Shown here one piece after another: positions 51,001-64,000 of a DNA stretch of 64,000 nt. The stretch spans positions 187,681,741 to 187,745,740 of the forward strand of contig CM041465.1 of assembly GCA_023213395.1 (NCBI GenBank). Reading direction: 5' to 3'. Source of the DNA: Cycas panzhihuaensis (lineage: Eukaryota; Plantae; Cycadophyta). The position numbers and the translations under genes were made by a program. Under the pieces are notes generated by a model that searched no databases, was not told where the DNA came from, and saw nothing but the letters and a program-made list of their open reading frames with translations. Within the stretch, counting starts at the first letter, position 1. Each line of letters begins with the position of its first letter.

Positions 51001-51926
51001 AAGAAAGGGGCAAGTGGCTACCAACCATCTATGTTGGCAAATCAAACATCTATTGAGACCTAGTCAAAATAACACTAGTCTCAAAAATAGGTTAACAAAA
51101 TTACATCAAGTTTTAAAAATTGGAAATACAACATAAACAATAAACATAAAATAGGTTCACAAGATTATCATAAAATTAATGATTTGGTAGAGGAGCAAAA
51201 GTTGAGTTCCTTCCATTCCCTTAATTTGTGTTGTGGTTGTCATCATTTTCAACGTCCAACTTTTATAAGACCTTGGATCAACTCCTTTTATGGGTAGAAC
51301 TACTTTGTTCTTGGATGAGGCCTTTTGCACAAGTGGGGGTGAGGGTGGAGAAGCTTTTTTTCCCTATGTTAGCTTTGTTGCTTGCTTTTGTTTTTGCTTC
51401 TAGGTGTTGACTCACCTTGTGCAAGTGGAACTCTGTTTAGAGTCTTATCCACTTGGATCTTCTAGGCTTCAATATTGATTTGTGGTAGCAAACATCTTAG
51501 CCAATAACAAACAAATATGGCCAATAATTGGGGTCTACTCCTTGCATTGACTAAGTTGTGCTACATGCTACTACTCATTGCTCTTCTAGGGAAGTAACAA
51601 TTACATATGGAAAAATTTATTAATTTTGATACTTTTGTTGTTGCTTGAGTCTTTGACAAAATTATTTTAACAATCTATCTATAGGTTTTCCATTCCAAAT
51701 GATGAAATGTTGGCAAAAAATCTTTAATAATGTATGGTTAATTTATGGCGATTATAATAACCTAGTATCCATCAAATATTGTGCATAAATGTTTTAAGGA
51801 GGCTCACACCTGTGAAGATTCTTAATATGCAATCATTATTAAATTGAGTGATTATAGCTCACATTTTCATATATTCTCATAGGTCTTCAAAGAGGTTCTT
51901 TAATAATATTCTCATGAGGTGAAAAT

Positions 51927-51950
51927 CACACACACACACATATATATATA

Positions 51951-51993
<43 letters not shown>
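51927..51993. repeat. Compound microsatellite (CA)7(TA)5..(TG)n, quasi-palindromic
   Basis: Read directly. Confidence 0.9.
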
Positions 51994-51995
<2 letters not shown>

Positions 51996-52049
51996 ATATT
52001 TGAATGTAAATAATATAGATCTTATTGTACATCTCTTGTTCAAAGTTTC

Positions 52050-54600
52050 AACATAGTAGACCCTTAATTAAATGTTGTTCTCGCTAATGATTTATTGGAA
52101 CTCATGTTTGGTCAACTTTTCCAATGTTCATCCTTGACCATAACTCCTCTAGTTATTCAGCCATATAGGATTTCTTCTTTAAGTGTATATGACTTTTCAT
52201 ACTTTGAAATTTTCATGCATAATCATCCCTAGATGATTAGTAAAGCATCATTTGTGTTTTTCATATATCTCATCTTGCTAAGAATAAATCAGTTCATCAG
52301 AATTATTGAAAGAGGAGGAAATTGAGACCATATCCAAAAATTCATCAAGTGTAGGCCTCACATAATCTGTGTCAATAGCCTAATGTTTATAGATATTATT
52401 ATATAAATTGTTGGATATCTCTCTTTTAAAAGATATAGAACATTGTATCTTTCTCCACAATGTCTTGGTTGTGTAGAATGCTCACTTGTTTGCATGCCAA
52501 GACACTACTTTTTGCTTATCGAGGTATATAATTCCTCCTGTTGTTCATCCCAAAGGATGACTCAATAGTTATTTGTATATGTCTTCATTTCTTGGGATTT
52601 ACTTCAAAATATACCAAAATAGTTATTCTATGATAAGATATAGGAATGTTATGAATATTTCCTATTGGCCAAACCATGTGTTGATTTGTAGTATCAAGTT
52701 CTTTAATCTAGGTCAACTAAATGCCTTCTAGGATAGTTTAGTCAAAACATTAACTTGTGCACTAAAGTTGGCACATGTATTTAGGATTATTGCATCATCT
52801 ATTTGGACACCAACTACTATCTATTTACCTATTGAATTCAAGGGTTAGGTTTCTTGCATTTGACAAGCTATTTTGACATTGGCATCTTTTGGTTGGCTAC
52901 CTAAGCCTAATCTTTTATTAGTTTAATAGCTTAACAAATTACATTGCCAAGCAATTGTAAAAGCTAAAGCGCCATATTAGCAACAACTAAGTGTTTGTTA
53001 ATTTTTCTTCCAACTCCAAAATATGTTATATTTGGGTTGATGGAGTTTGAGAAACTACTGCAATACTTTCTTGATTCGAAAAACATTATCAAGCTATTTC
53101 ATTCGTTGCTTGTTTGAAATCTCTTTCAAATGCTCTAGATTTGGATATACTATCATTATCTTCTTGGGAGGTCAACCTTGAGGCATGGATATGGTCTTTG
53201 CTAGATCATCTTGTCCACCACACTTCATTTTTCTTGTAATCCATTTCATGAATAGATTTTTGATCTTCCTCTAGATTAATTGGAATTGTCAAATGATTGA
53301 TATTTTTATCTTTACTGTTTAGTTCCTATATCATTAGGCAATCAATCATTTGTGGTCTCCTTGACCACATAAAGTATAAACGATGGCCTTAGTGTATATA
53401 TTAGATAATTTTTAGTCATATATCCCCATTATTTACATTTGAGACATTAAATTGACCTTAAGCTAACTCTATTTCTCAAAGTCTGATCAAGGACTTTGAG
53501 TTCTATGTTGATAAGTGTTTAAGGTATTGTTTGATTAACTTTAAAATTTTACTTATAATCAACTGAATTATGAGTTCTTATATTGCAAATGTGATAAGAT
53601 GGCATACATTTAGTGTAAATCGGCGTGTCAAATAGCTAATTATCTCATAGATGTGACAATATGGATGATCCTTTTTAGATGTGTTATTCTCTAAGACTCA
53701 CTCATCAGAGTCTCTATAGCTTGTAGATATATCTTTACTAGTCCATGTTCTCAATCTAATGGCTGTTCATATTTATGATGTCCATGTATTTAACATTTTA
53801 TACACCAAACCTTTGCTTGATGTGGCTAGAATTCTTGATGTATGAACATTTTTTTAAGTAATTCAAGAACTATTTGTGGACCTATAATGAAACATTTTCT
53901 TCTTGATTCTCTTTGATACTAACTTCCAATTGTAGTTTCAATGGTATTAACATATGATTGTAGCATGTTGTCACATAACCAACCAAATACTAATAAGAAT
54001 ACCTTCACAAACTAGCTTACTTGTGACTATTCATTGATAAGGACATTGATTAAAAGCCTCTTGATATTCAATATCATATTCTTTGATAATTTCTCATTTT
54101 CCTTGGAATACACTAACAATTTCATCAAATATTCTCTATTAAATTAGACGGATTTAAAGGATTTTTCAAATATCTCTATTGACATATCTAATTCCTTTTA
54201 TTGCCTCTTGAAATTTGCAATTTTGATACCATTTAAATGCTAAACCTTGCAACGTGGTTATAAACTCATTTTGTGGGCCCAAATCATTAACCATTTTTTG
54301 AGGTATTTAGATTAATTTACAAATGAAGAAATGTTTTTTCTGCCATTTGTTGTTCCATCAAAATTAAGATGTTTGGAATTAAAACTATTATTATTTGTCA
54401 TTATCCCCACCTTTTTCAGTAAATCTAAATCATTTTCTATCAACCAAATTTTGCATTATTGTATTTGATCTTCAATCGAGCCCAAAGGTGGTCATAGAAT
54501 CAGGGTTTATTTCTCCTTTAATGTCATGTTTATATTATTCAAGTGTACCATTTTGTGATTGATTGTGCTCTCAAACCGGTCCACACATCTTAATCTCCAT
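52050..54600 (-). mobile_element. Very degraded Ty3/gypsy remnant (gag with zinc knuckles, pol traces)
   Basis: Minus strand reads KHLNFDGTT (~54370), EFITTLQGLAFKWYQN (~54270-54225) and WCIKC*IHGHHKYE (~53807-53765). Borders are uncertain. Confidence 0.55.
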
Positions 54601-55793
54601 TTGTCAAGAAATATAGGCATCATCCATCACCGTCATGAACACAACAATTGATATGACTAAAAATAGATAAACATCTTTCATTATATTACTTGTAATGAGT
54701 ACATACATATATAAGAGTATGATCACTGCACATCTAACCAATTATATGAAGTGACCAACATGAATATCATTAAGCACACTTATTAATTACTTACTATAAT
54801 ATTCCTAAAAGCGAGAAAACTGACCCCTTAACACTAACACACTTAACATTATTTTATCCTATTAATATTAGACCTCTAGACTCCATGGACATTACTTGCT
54901 AGAACATTAAACATTATTTCTAACAATGCCCCTATAACACTTAATATCAAGATACTTTCTAACTACATACTAAGAACAAACTTATAACTTGACCAACGAC
55001 TAAAGACCATCTACTTGCATACGTGCATTGCAAAATTGTTTAATATCTCCTCTATGGTGTGTATTTGGCATCTTTTGAATTTTCAACATTTAATCCTTGG
55101 GAATGTCTTGAAAATGATGTCTTTGGCTTGTTCTTCAATCTTGTGATGATGTCCATGCTGTTATAATCCTCGAGGCAAATGATCCTTAAACTTGACTTTC
55201 TTTGTTCTGATGTGCAAATTTGAATTCTTCAATATGTTAGATTATTTCCAAAGCAAAACTTTTCTTTGGTTCTCTGTTTCATGAGTCTTTACTTCATTGT
55301 TTTTGAAATACTCCATCATGTCAAAAATATATGTCATGAAATCATCTTTTAACAAATAAGAATATGAACTAGTGAAGTGCCATCCTAAAAACTACTCAAG
55401 ATCTTAAAGAGAGAAGGAGGGGTAGAATGATTTTTCCTTTGATACTTCTGAAACTTGTTCAACTTTAATCATAACATGTTTGTCTTCACTTTCCTCAACA
55501 CATAAATAATCAACATCAATTGAATTAATATCAAGAACTGAAGATAAAACATCAATAGAGGAATCAACACCATTAGGATCATCTATAAAATAGACATAAA
55601 CATCTTATATGAATTCTTATTCTTGATCAACATATCTAATAAGTTTTTCAACTTTTGGAGTAGAATCTCAAGTATCTATAACAGGTTCTTCAACAACAAA
55701 GTTTTCTTCACATCTAACCAAATATTCTTCAATAATAAAGTCTTCACAGTTAGCTATAGATTCATCAATAAACTCATCAAAAGTGCTAATACT

Positions 55794-55991
55794 AGTCTTA
55801 ATACTATCATCATCACCAATATCATGACCATCAATAATCTTATTTGTCTTTTTAATTACTTTTTCAACAACTTCTTGTATCTCTTTAGGAGTCTTAATAC
55901 TATCATCATCACTAGTATTATAATCATCAACAATCTTGTTTTCCATTTTAATTACTTTTTCAACAACTTCTCATATCTTTTTAGGAGTCTT
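55794..55991. repeat. 96-bp in-frame tandem repeat x2 in an acidic orphan ORF
   Basis: agtcttaatactatc at 55794 and 55890, agtctt at 55986. Encodes the DDDSIKT repeat in ORF 55668-55946 (-). Confidence 0.85.
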
Positions 55992-56829
55992 TTCTAATGC
56001 ATTCTTCAAAATGTTCCAAGATTTTTTGGCATTACTAGCATGATGAACTGTAGAAATGACAAAATGATAGGAAGAAGGAAGTTTATCTTTATTTAATATA
56101 GCAAGAATAACAACAATTATTCTACTACCCTTTTTTTTTAGTTTTTATTTTCCTTCTTCATCAATAGGGACATCATATCTATTAGTAATAATTTTCCATA
56201 ACCTTCTGTACATGAATATGCTTTTTATTCTGTCTGCACAACAACGATAGTTTATTCCTATGTACTTAGGTAAAGGAAATGGGAAGTATCTAAAGTAATA
56301 CTCAATTCTTTTTATATACGAATATGATTATGTCATTCACTTCCATGGTTGTAAGTATAAATTGCTAAAAATGCATGTAATAATTTAATCAAATCAATAA
56401 TTCTCAAACCTATATATAATTGGAGATGACCTCTTTTTATCTTTTCTATTGATGGAAGCAGGTTACCTACTGAATAATCTGCCTAGCTTCTACATACATA
56501 GTTCATGATCAACTTAGAATTCAACACTCAATAGTATCACAATGCATGAAGCCATTTATCACTTCCTCTTATTTCTACCATGTCTTATTTGAAATTTTAT
56601 AATGATCTTCTAAAGATAACTAGACAGGAAGAAGGTGCAGACATAGGCTTTACTAGTCGTTCATTTTCTCACAAATGCCACAATGACATCGAACTGTATA
56701 ATATACAAAATTCTTGGTATGTACTTCTTTACATGATAACTAAGACACCTGGTTTGCTGAAGCTACTTTCAACTCCTTTGAGGGTGGATTTTCTCTTGAT
56801 ATATACATATAAGAATAAAAGTCAAGCAT

Positions 56830-57185
56830 TGCAGCACTGATTTTTTGTGCCCCAAGATAAGCCCTCTTGTTCTTTTTCAACAACCTTTTTTGCTACTTCT
56901 GTTAATGGCTCTTTGCCTTTTCCACTTGCTTTTGCAACTCTTTAGTTGAATTCCTTAAAGACCTAAAAAGCTTTGCATTTGATGTACTAGATTTTCTTCT
57001 CCCTTTGTTCCATTTTTGTGTAAAATCTTGAACATTGTTAAGCTTTTTGTCAGCCTCTATGATGTTCTCATTAGCATGGACTTCATCTGATACTAGTTGG
57101 TCATATGCAGTAGCTACAGGAAACTTTCTAAAAACCGGCGAAGCCCAAGAGCTACCCAAGCCCTTACATTTTCATAGCTCCCATG
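56830..57185 (-). pseudogene. Unidentified host-gene exon fragment
   Basis: Acceptor ttcattttag| then HGSYENVRAWVALGLRRFLE, a 1-nt frameshift, then FPVATAYDQLVSDEVHANENIIEAD. No TE motif recognised. Confidence 0.4.
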
Positions 57186-57276
57186 CTAAAATGAACAATT
57201 GTTGTCTTGAAAATACAAAACAAATCAAACATAAATCCACAATGACTTTGTTTAGTGCATAATATTTGTTATTTTA

Positions 57277-57738
57277 TTAAGGCTTCCTCACAACAAGAAC
57301 TGGACACTTTGCATGTTGAACACAATAGTTGCTTACACTCCTCACAATGGCACTCTTTATCATCCCATATCCATGCCTTTCCATCACAAGAAGTTGCACT
57401 TGTAGATTCTCAATAGCTTCACATATAACTTCCTTTGCATTACCTACTACAACATTTGCCTCTGTTGTTGCATTTTTTCTTTAACACATCTGCATGGCAT
57501 GCTTCAATGTTTCCTCTGTAGCATGCTTCTAGTACTCTTCTATACTTGTTGCAATTTCAAGACTTGCAACATATGCTGGGCTACAGATGTTTGCAAAGCC
57601 CCCAAGCAAGGGTTGAGCATGAAACAAGATCAACTGAATGCTAGCACCTTCCAAGGCAATATTGTCAAATACTTATTTTAGAGCTAACAAACTCTCTTCA
57701 CGTCCTTCAACTACTGCCATTATTCTCTTCACCTTCAG
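57277..57738 (-). pseudogene. Universal stress protein A-like (USP) intronless pseudogene
   Basis: LKVKRIMAVVEGREESLLALK*VFDN..LILFHAQP...VVVGNAKEVICEAIENLQVQLLVMERHGYGMIKSAIVRSVSNYCVQHAKCPVLVVRKP*. One continuous frame with 3 internal stops, which is why the ORF track misses it. Confidence 0.92.
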
Positions 57739-58302
57739 AGTAGCTCGAGCCGAACCAGAATGGCATAAGGAGAATTAGTGCCACGCAAACACAATGAACA
57801 TGCAGACAGGGGAAAACATGCTAAATGAGCAATGATGAACTAAGTAGAGTATGAGTAATGAGTACATATATATACTTAGAGTATATCATTGTATATCTAA
57901 CCAATTATATGAAGTGACTGACATGACTATCATTAAACACACTTATTAATTACTTATTGTAATATTCCTAAGAGGGAGAAGACCAACCCCTTAATATTAA
58001 CACACCTAACATTATTTTACCTTATTAACATTAGACCTCTAGACTCTATGAACATTACTTATTAGAACATTAAACATTATTTCTAACACCATCAACTCAT
58101 GAAGTTCTCACTGCTTTCTCCTTATGCCCTCTTTCTTTGACTCTTTAATTATCTTTGTATATCAATTCTTTCTTGGTTCCACCTCTCTACGATTTGATTT
58201 CTAAATGTTTTATCTCCATATTTTTATAATTCATTCATCTGTTTCACCTAGTTATTCATTTTGTGTTAAATCCTTTCTACTTATATTTTACTATATAAGT
58301 CA

Positions 58303-61300
58303 TGCTAGATTAATGTTTATATGTAGATAAAATAGAGTAGGTGAATAATAAAAGTTACAAAGTCCTAAATAGACTTGTGACACATGTTAAAGTGGTTAAG
58401 ATTCACTTTTTAGCCTTTATCAATTTTACTTGTATATTTATCTATGTACAATGTATTATATGTTTTGTTAAATTTGGTGAATGAATTTTAATGAATATTA
58501 ATTATTAAGATAGTAAACCAATTCTACCTTATATTTATTTTCTGATATGTTAATATTTAGTTCCATGTTTAAATCGTAAATTTAGATTTGGTGCCTAGAG
58601 TAGATTATTTAGAATGGGTTATAAATTAATTTTGTAACCAATTACCTTTGGAACCAACATAGCATTATGTATGTTGGACCGTGCTTCCAGCAAGGAAGAC
58701 CATTAACATATATTGAAACTCCTCTCTACTTGGCATGGGTTGTAAATTAATTTTGTAACCAATTACCTTTGGAACCAACATAGCGTTATGTATGTTGGAC
58801 CGTGCTTCCAGCAAGGAGGACCATTAACATATATTGAAACTTCAAAGAAGAGGAATCAATAATGATTTGAGTCATGAAATTTGTTCCATAATTAATTTCA
58901 GGTGGTCACGATGGCTTGCGCCTTTGTCTGGTTGTTCAAGGATATACCAGTGAAAACAATGAATCGATACCATTAGTTTTCTTGTGTCTGGTAACGAAGG
59001 ACGTGGCATTGTGAGGTGCTGATGGTGGAATTAACGGAGACACTGAATTGAATCTTTTCTTGGAATGAAATTGTTTGGTACTCTTAACGGTTTTGGAGAC
59101 GTAAATCGGGCAATCTGAACTGAACTGCTACGTACCTTGATTTCGCATCCGTGGATATTTATGTCTGGCAGGTCTTCTCGCCTTAAAACAGGGTGTGCAC
59201 TTGGGTGCCAGGAATCGAGAATTGGTGGTCATATGGACGCACCGTCTGGAATTAGAATTGCGGAGTATGCCACTGCTTCCGCCATAATGTCGACGATTCA
59301 AAGGAGCAGGTTTTATGGTCTTGCAGAAATTACAACTACGAATTCCAGGCCAGGTTGTATGTGCAGCGCTTGGATTGAAAGAGTTCATGAATGTAGATTT
59401 TACAGAGCATGAAGAGATGTATTTACATAGGATAGTTGCGGATGTATATCGAACAGTCGGCTAGCTCCCGATTTCGACCGTGTTGATGTGGATAAAGATC
59501 GTCATCGAGAAAAACTTATAATTGGTGTTGTGACTTGAGTTACATGCAAAGCTGTGCAGTGTAAGGCATCCAATTGAGAAGCTAATGCCAATTTCTACAA
59601 AGTGATCAAGAAAAGAATATTTGAACACCCTTGCCATCAGATTATAGAGACGAAGACAACGATTGTTAGAGATAATCAGACTTGAAGAAGCTACCCGGAT
59701 GCTTTCCAATAAGCTGAACATGCTTTGAGAGATAGCCTGATAGTTATATGGATGCAGAAACGAAACGCCATTGGAGCAGGTGGTAATGCTGTAAGAAAAT
59801 TCTGTGTTGGCATCGAACAAACGAAGGAGAATTTGATTGACATTGAAGCGAATTGTCGTATTCATTGCAACCGGGTGGCGCATGCAGACGAAATCCGCCG
59901 AACGGAAGAACATAGGATTAGAATTTTTTTTTTTTTGTGAAGTTGTAGATACATTAAATCGTATTTGATTTTGTTTTGAAGTTTAAAGTCCCTAGCCCCA
60001 CTGACATCGGTTTATAAGTGCTATGTCATTTATTGACTCATTAAGAAGTTCATTGTAAAAGTGAAAGATATTTTTTCATTGCACTTTTCTGTGTTCTATG
60101 TGACAAGCTTTATTTTTTGATTTCTTGCATGGTGTTTGATAATTTTTATGTTTTGTTGGCATTTTATAAAGTAATTGAAGATTTTATAGTCAGTATTTTT
60201 TAAATAAAATTAGTGCATGTCATTTAAGGGCTATTTAATATTTACTATTCTCTTATGGTTGTAGTTATTTTGTCACATTTTATATTAAAAATAGATTAAA
60301 AATACTTGTTTTCATATTTAGATAAATTGTCTCAATTTTTTTGTCATAGTCTATTGCATGTTGGTTAGTAGCACATGTTTGATCAGTGGAATATGGCAGC
60401 GAATGAAAAGAGGTTCAACAATATATAGTATATCAACTCAGGTGCCTCTAGGCATATGATAAGTAGACTTGAATGGTTTAGGCATATGTGAAAAACCATT
60501 GGGCACATAGTAGTCTTAGGTGATAATAAGGTGCTTACTGTCAAAAGCATAGGGGAAGTCCCATTAATTATTCCTAATTGTGATGATTACTATACAAAGA
60601 ATATTTTATGTGTGCTAGGTTTGAAAATGAACTTAATTTATGTTAGTCAAATAGAGGACACTAGGATTGGTGTTATCTTTAAAGATAGAAGAGCTATCAT
60701 TAATAATTGTGAAAGAAAAATTATCACAAAATATGTGAGGGGTAATTATCTTTATAGGCTCTCTAGTAAGTTTATAAACCAAAAAGTGTATTTGACTGTA
60801 GTCATATCTAATAAGAGTCGGCTATGGAATGAAAGATTGGAACATCTGCACTTCCCTAACCTTTAGTTGATGAACAAATTGAATATAATGCATGGTCTCA
60901 TTAAGTTTAAGATGGAAAATGATACTTGCAAATCCTATATTTTTGGAAAGTAGCATAGAGAAAATTTTCCTAAAGGTAAGTGTTAAAGGAAAACTAAAAT
61001 TTTGAGCTTGATCCACTCCAATATATGTGGTCCTCTGCCAACCACTTCATTCAAAGGTGCAAGGTATTTCTTAACCTTCATTGACGATTTTTTAAGGAAG
61101 ACCTAATTTTATCCTTTGAAGGAGAAGTCTTAGACATTCAGTATATTTAAAGAATTCAAAGCGAAAGTGGAAAATGAAATCAAACAAAGGATAAAGATAC
61201 TAAGATTAAATAATGGGGGAGAATACACCTCTAAAGTATTTATCCAATTTCGTAAAGATCATGGTGCAAAGAAACAGTTAATGATAACATATATTCCTTA

Positions 61301-63850
61301 GCAAAATATAGTAGCTAAGAGGATAAATTGAACATTGGTTGATAAGGCCAAGTCAATGATGAAGGCCAAGAACCTCTCAAATATCTTTTGGGTAAAAGTA
61401 GTTTGTACATCATTGTACTTGACAAACGAAAGTATAACCAAAGTTGTAAAAAATAAAACACTTGAAGAAGCATGGTTAGGACATAAACTTACTATTATTT
61501 ATCTCAGAATCTTTAGAAGCATAGCATATATACATGTTCCCAAAGAGAAATGCCAAATTTTTGATGATAAGAGTTCCAAGTGCATCCTCGTTGGCTAGGC
61601 TAAATAGAGTAAAGCATACCATGTATATAAGTAGGCATCTAAAAAGGTACATATAACTCAAGATATTATCTTCAAAGAGGAAGAGAAATGAGTTTCAGAT
61701 CAAACTCAAGGTCTAGACACTTTGAAGATATGGCAAGATAAGAGAAAGCAAATCGAGGAACAACTTGAATCCAGTTCTTTAAGACAACAGTTTGTCAACC
61801 CTAAGACTAAGCTGAAATAGGAGGAAAATTTTGAGGAGGAGATTGAAGATAATCTTGAGACACAATCAGAACTTGAAATCATTCCACCTATTAATTTTTT
61901 TTTTAAGTGGTATTTCAAAACCATGGCTAAAGCTCAGTTTCTCAAGATAAAAGGCAAATAAAAATCAAGGATGAGACATGATATAGTCAATTTTACTTTA
62001 ATGGCAGATGTATTGGATGTTAATGAGCCTTCAAGCTTTAAGAAGGTCAACCATCAATAGAAGTAGATGACAACTATGGATGTTGGAATCTGTGCCGTTG
62101 AGCAAAACAAAACTTAAAATTTGGTTGATTTACTAGCAAGCAAGTAGGGGATTGGTTGTAAATGGGTCTATAAGACCAAATTTAGATTAGATGACATAAT
62201 TTATAAACATAAAGCCAAATTGATAACTAAAGGATTCAAGTAAACAAAAGGTATTAATTACTAGGAAAGAATTATTTTAGTAGCAAAGATGGTAATGATT
62301 AGATTGATATTAGTAATAATTGTTCAGTTTAAATAATAGTCACACTAGTTTGATATCAAGAGTATCTTCCTTAATGGAGATCTTGTAGAGGATGTTTATA
62401 TGGACTAGCCGCCTGGATATATTACCAAGGGCAAAGAGCATTTAGTATATTACTTGAAGAAGGCTTTGTATAGCCCTAAACAAGCTCTAAGAGCATGGTA
62501 TTCTAAACTTGATTAATATTTTCTGGATAATAGGTTTGAGAGATTGCCAACAGATCCAAACTTGTATACAAAAGTTGAAGGAAGTCTAATCATTCTTATA
62601 GTTTTGTATGTAGATAATATTGTAATCATAGAGAATGATATTTCAAGGTTGAAGGCCTAAAAAATGATCTCAAGAAGACATTTAAGATGATAGATTTTGG
62701 ATTGCTCCACTGTTTTTTGGGAGTGGAAGTTTGGCAGAAGCTTAAGAAGATCTTCATTTCATAAACTAAATATGTATGGAAAATTCTAAAGAGATTCATA
62801 ATAGAGAATTGTTAACCTATTTATGCTCTCATAAAAATATGTTTAAGTTAACAGCTCTAGATGATGATGATAAGTGAATTGATGGCATGATGTTTAGACA
62901 ACTAGTTAGTAGTTTGATCTATTTGACTACTACTAGGCTTGATATTTCCTTTACAGTTAGTATGGTATTAAGGTTTATGGCTGAACGAAAGAAGAGCCAT
63001 TAGAAAGCTGCAAAGAGGATCTTAGGATATTTATAAAGAACACTATACTTTATATTGGAGTTTAGCTAAAATGACAATTTTAGGCTAACTGGATATTCAC
63101 ATTTCAATTAGGCTAGATGTGAGGATAGCAAAAGGTCCACTTCAAGTTATTGCTTCAGTATGTATTTTGTTGTTATCACTTGGAGTAGTAAGAAATAACC
63201 TAATGTTGTTTTGTCATCTACTAAGGCAGAATATAAAATTGTCATTGAAACTACTTGTGAAGCTATCTAGCTGAGGAAAGTACTTAGTGATTTGGGATTA
63301 CATCAGAAAGAGGCAATTACATTGTACTATGAAAATCAAAATACCTTAAATATTGTAAAAAATATAATACTTTATGTTTACACCAAACACATTGAGATAC
63401 ATCATCACTTTATTATAAAGCAAATCTAGAATGAAGAGGTCGAGTTTCTATATAAACCAACAAAGGAGCATATTGCTAATATTTTCATCAAACCTATATT
63501 TAAGAATAAATATGATAAATTTAAATATTATATCAACATTAAAGCCAATCATATGAACATTAAAGGGGAGTGATAGATTAATATTCATATGTGGACGAAA
63601 TAGAGTAGGTGAGTCATAGGAGTTAAAATGTCCTAAATGGATGTATGACATGTGCTAGGGTAGTTATGAATTCATTTATTGGCCGTTATCAATCCTACTT
63701 GTATATTTATCTGTATTATACTATGTATTACTAAATTTGATGAATGGGTTCTTAAAGAATGTCAATTATTATGATGGTAGACCAATTCTACCTGATATTT
63801 GTCTTCTAATATGTTGATATTTGGTTTCATATTTTGATCGTAAATTCATA
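58303..63850 (+). mobile_element. Ty1/copia LTR retrotransposon H (related to copia A), gag missing
   Basis: LTRs 58303-58586 and 63571-63850, TSD agtca/agcca, degenerate PBS tggtgcctagag (58589), PPT aaaggggag. Protease *YINSGASRHM (~60430), integrase, RT and RNase H to ~63560. The pol is collinear with 13200-14300 and 34835-36530. Confidence 0.9.
58614..58841. repeat. Tandem duplication, 121-bp period
   Basis: 58614-58720 vs 58735-58841: 3 mismatches in 107 bp. Confidence 0.92.
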
Positions 63851-64000
63851 AGCCATACCATTTTTTTAATAAAAATAATTCAATTAAAGTTGGAATGCTT
63901 GCAAAAAAAAAATCTTGAATAGTTATGAAAACTCTTTGCTCTATTTATTCAATTGAATAGGCAAATTAAATAACCCATCCTTTTATAAATTCATCCTATA

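Larger units (their letters stand above)
54692..58088 (-). mobile_element. Non-autonomous copia-derived LTR element G containing host-gene fragments
   Basis: 234-bp direct repeats 54692-54925 and 57855-58088 (minus strand starts TGTTAGAAAT). PPT-like ataggggcat next to 54925. Copia gag N-terminus (DUF4219-like NYRCCADRI..IFMYRRLWKIIT, ~56290-56160), no pol. The 3' LTR probably extends to ~54636. Confidence 0.8.

Noticed and set aside
49600-51650. Possible old retroelement/LINE fragments on the minus strand
   Set aside because: Only compositional hints (T-run, CT-rich sequence); no domain motif I can support.
54624-54635. Candidate TSD for element G (ccatc/ccgtca vs ccatca at 58089)
   Set aside because: Ambiguous register relative to the LTR end; not used as evidence.
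55623-55997. 124-aa N/F/I-rich plus-strand ORF
   Set aside because: Antisense of the acidic repeat ORF in element G.
59128-59388. R/S-rich ORF ending at AAG|GTACGT resembling a plastid transit-peptide exon
   Set aside because: No downstream exon identifiable and the composition is equally typical of an antisense frame; kept only as part of the CpG-island finding.

Overview
Eukaryotic plant nuclear DNA. It is probably gymnosperm, inferred from the very old, intact-bordered nested LTR elements, heavy CG/CHG decay and an apparent giant intron. About three quarters of the window is degenerate retroelements. The only intact host gene is the 3' part (10 GT-AG exons, 456 aa, ending in the PTS1 signal -SRL) of a peroxisomal fatty-acid beta-oxidation multifunctional protein (MFP2/AIM1 family) at 44896-47810 (+). 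Its N-terminal exons are not in the upstream 44.9 kb, so that stretch is probably one giant intron. That stretch holds two chromovirus-type Ty3/gypsy copies, a full-length L1 LINE with RNase H and a 19-21 bp TSD, and a minus-strand SBT2-type subtilase pseudogene. The catalytic-Asp exon of the subtilase is split by a 26.4-kb, five-deep LTR-retrotransposon nest (TSD ATTCT); removing the nest restores the reading frame exactly. The nested gypsy element carries two extra tandem capsid-like domains between protease and RT, four zinc knuckles and a 3' accessory ORF. Downstream of MFP are a degraded gypsy remnant, a non-autonomous copia-derived element with an intronless USP pseudogene and an unidentified exon, and a copia whose gag is replaced by an unexplained CpG-rich ~1-kb segment. 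No CRISPR, rRNA or tRNA genes were seen. All alignments were done by eye.
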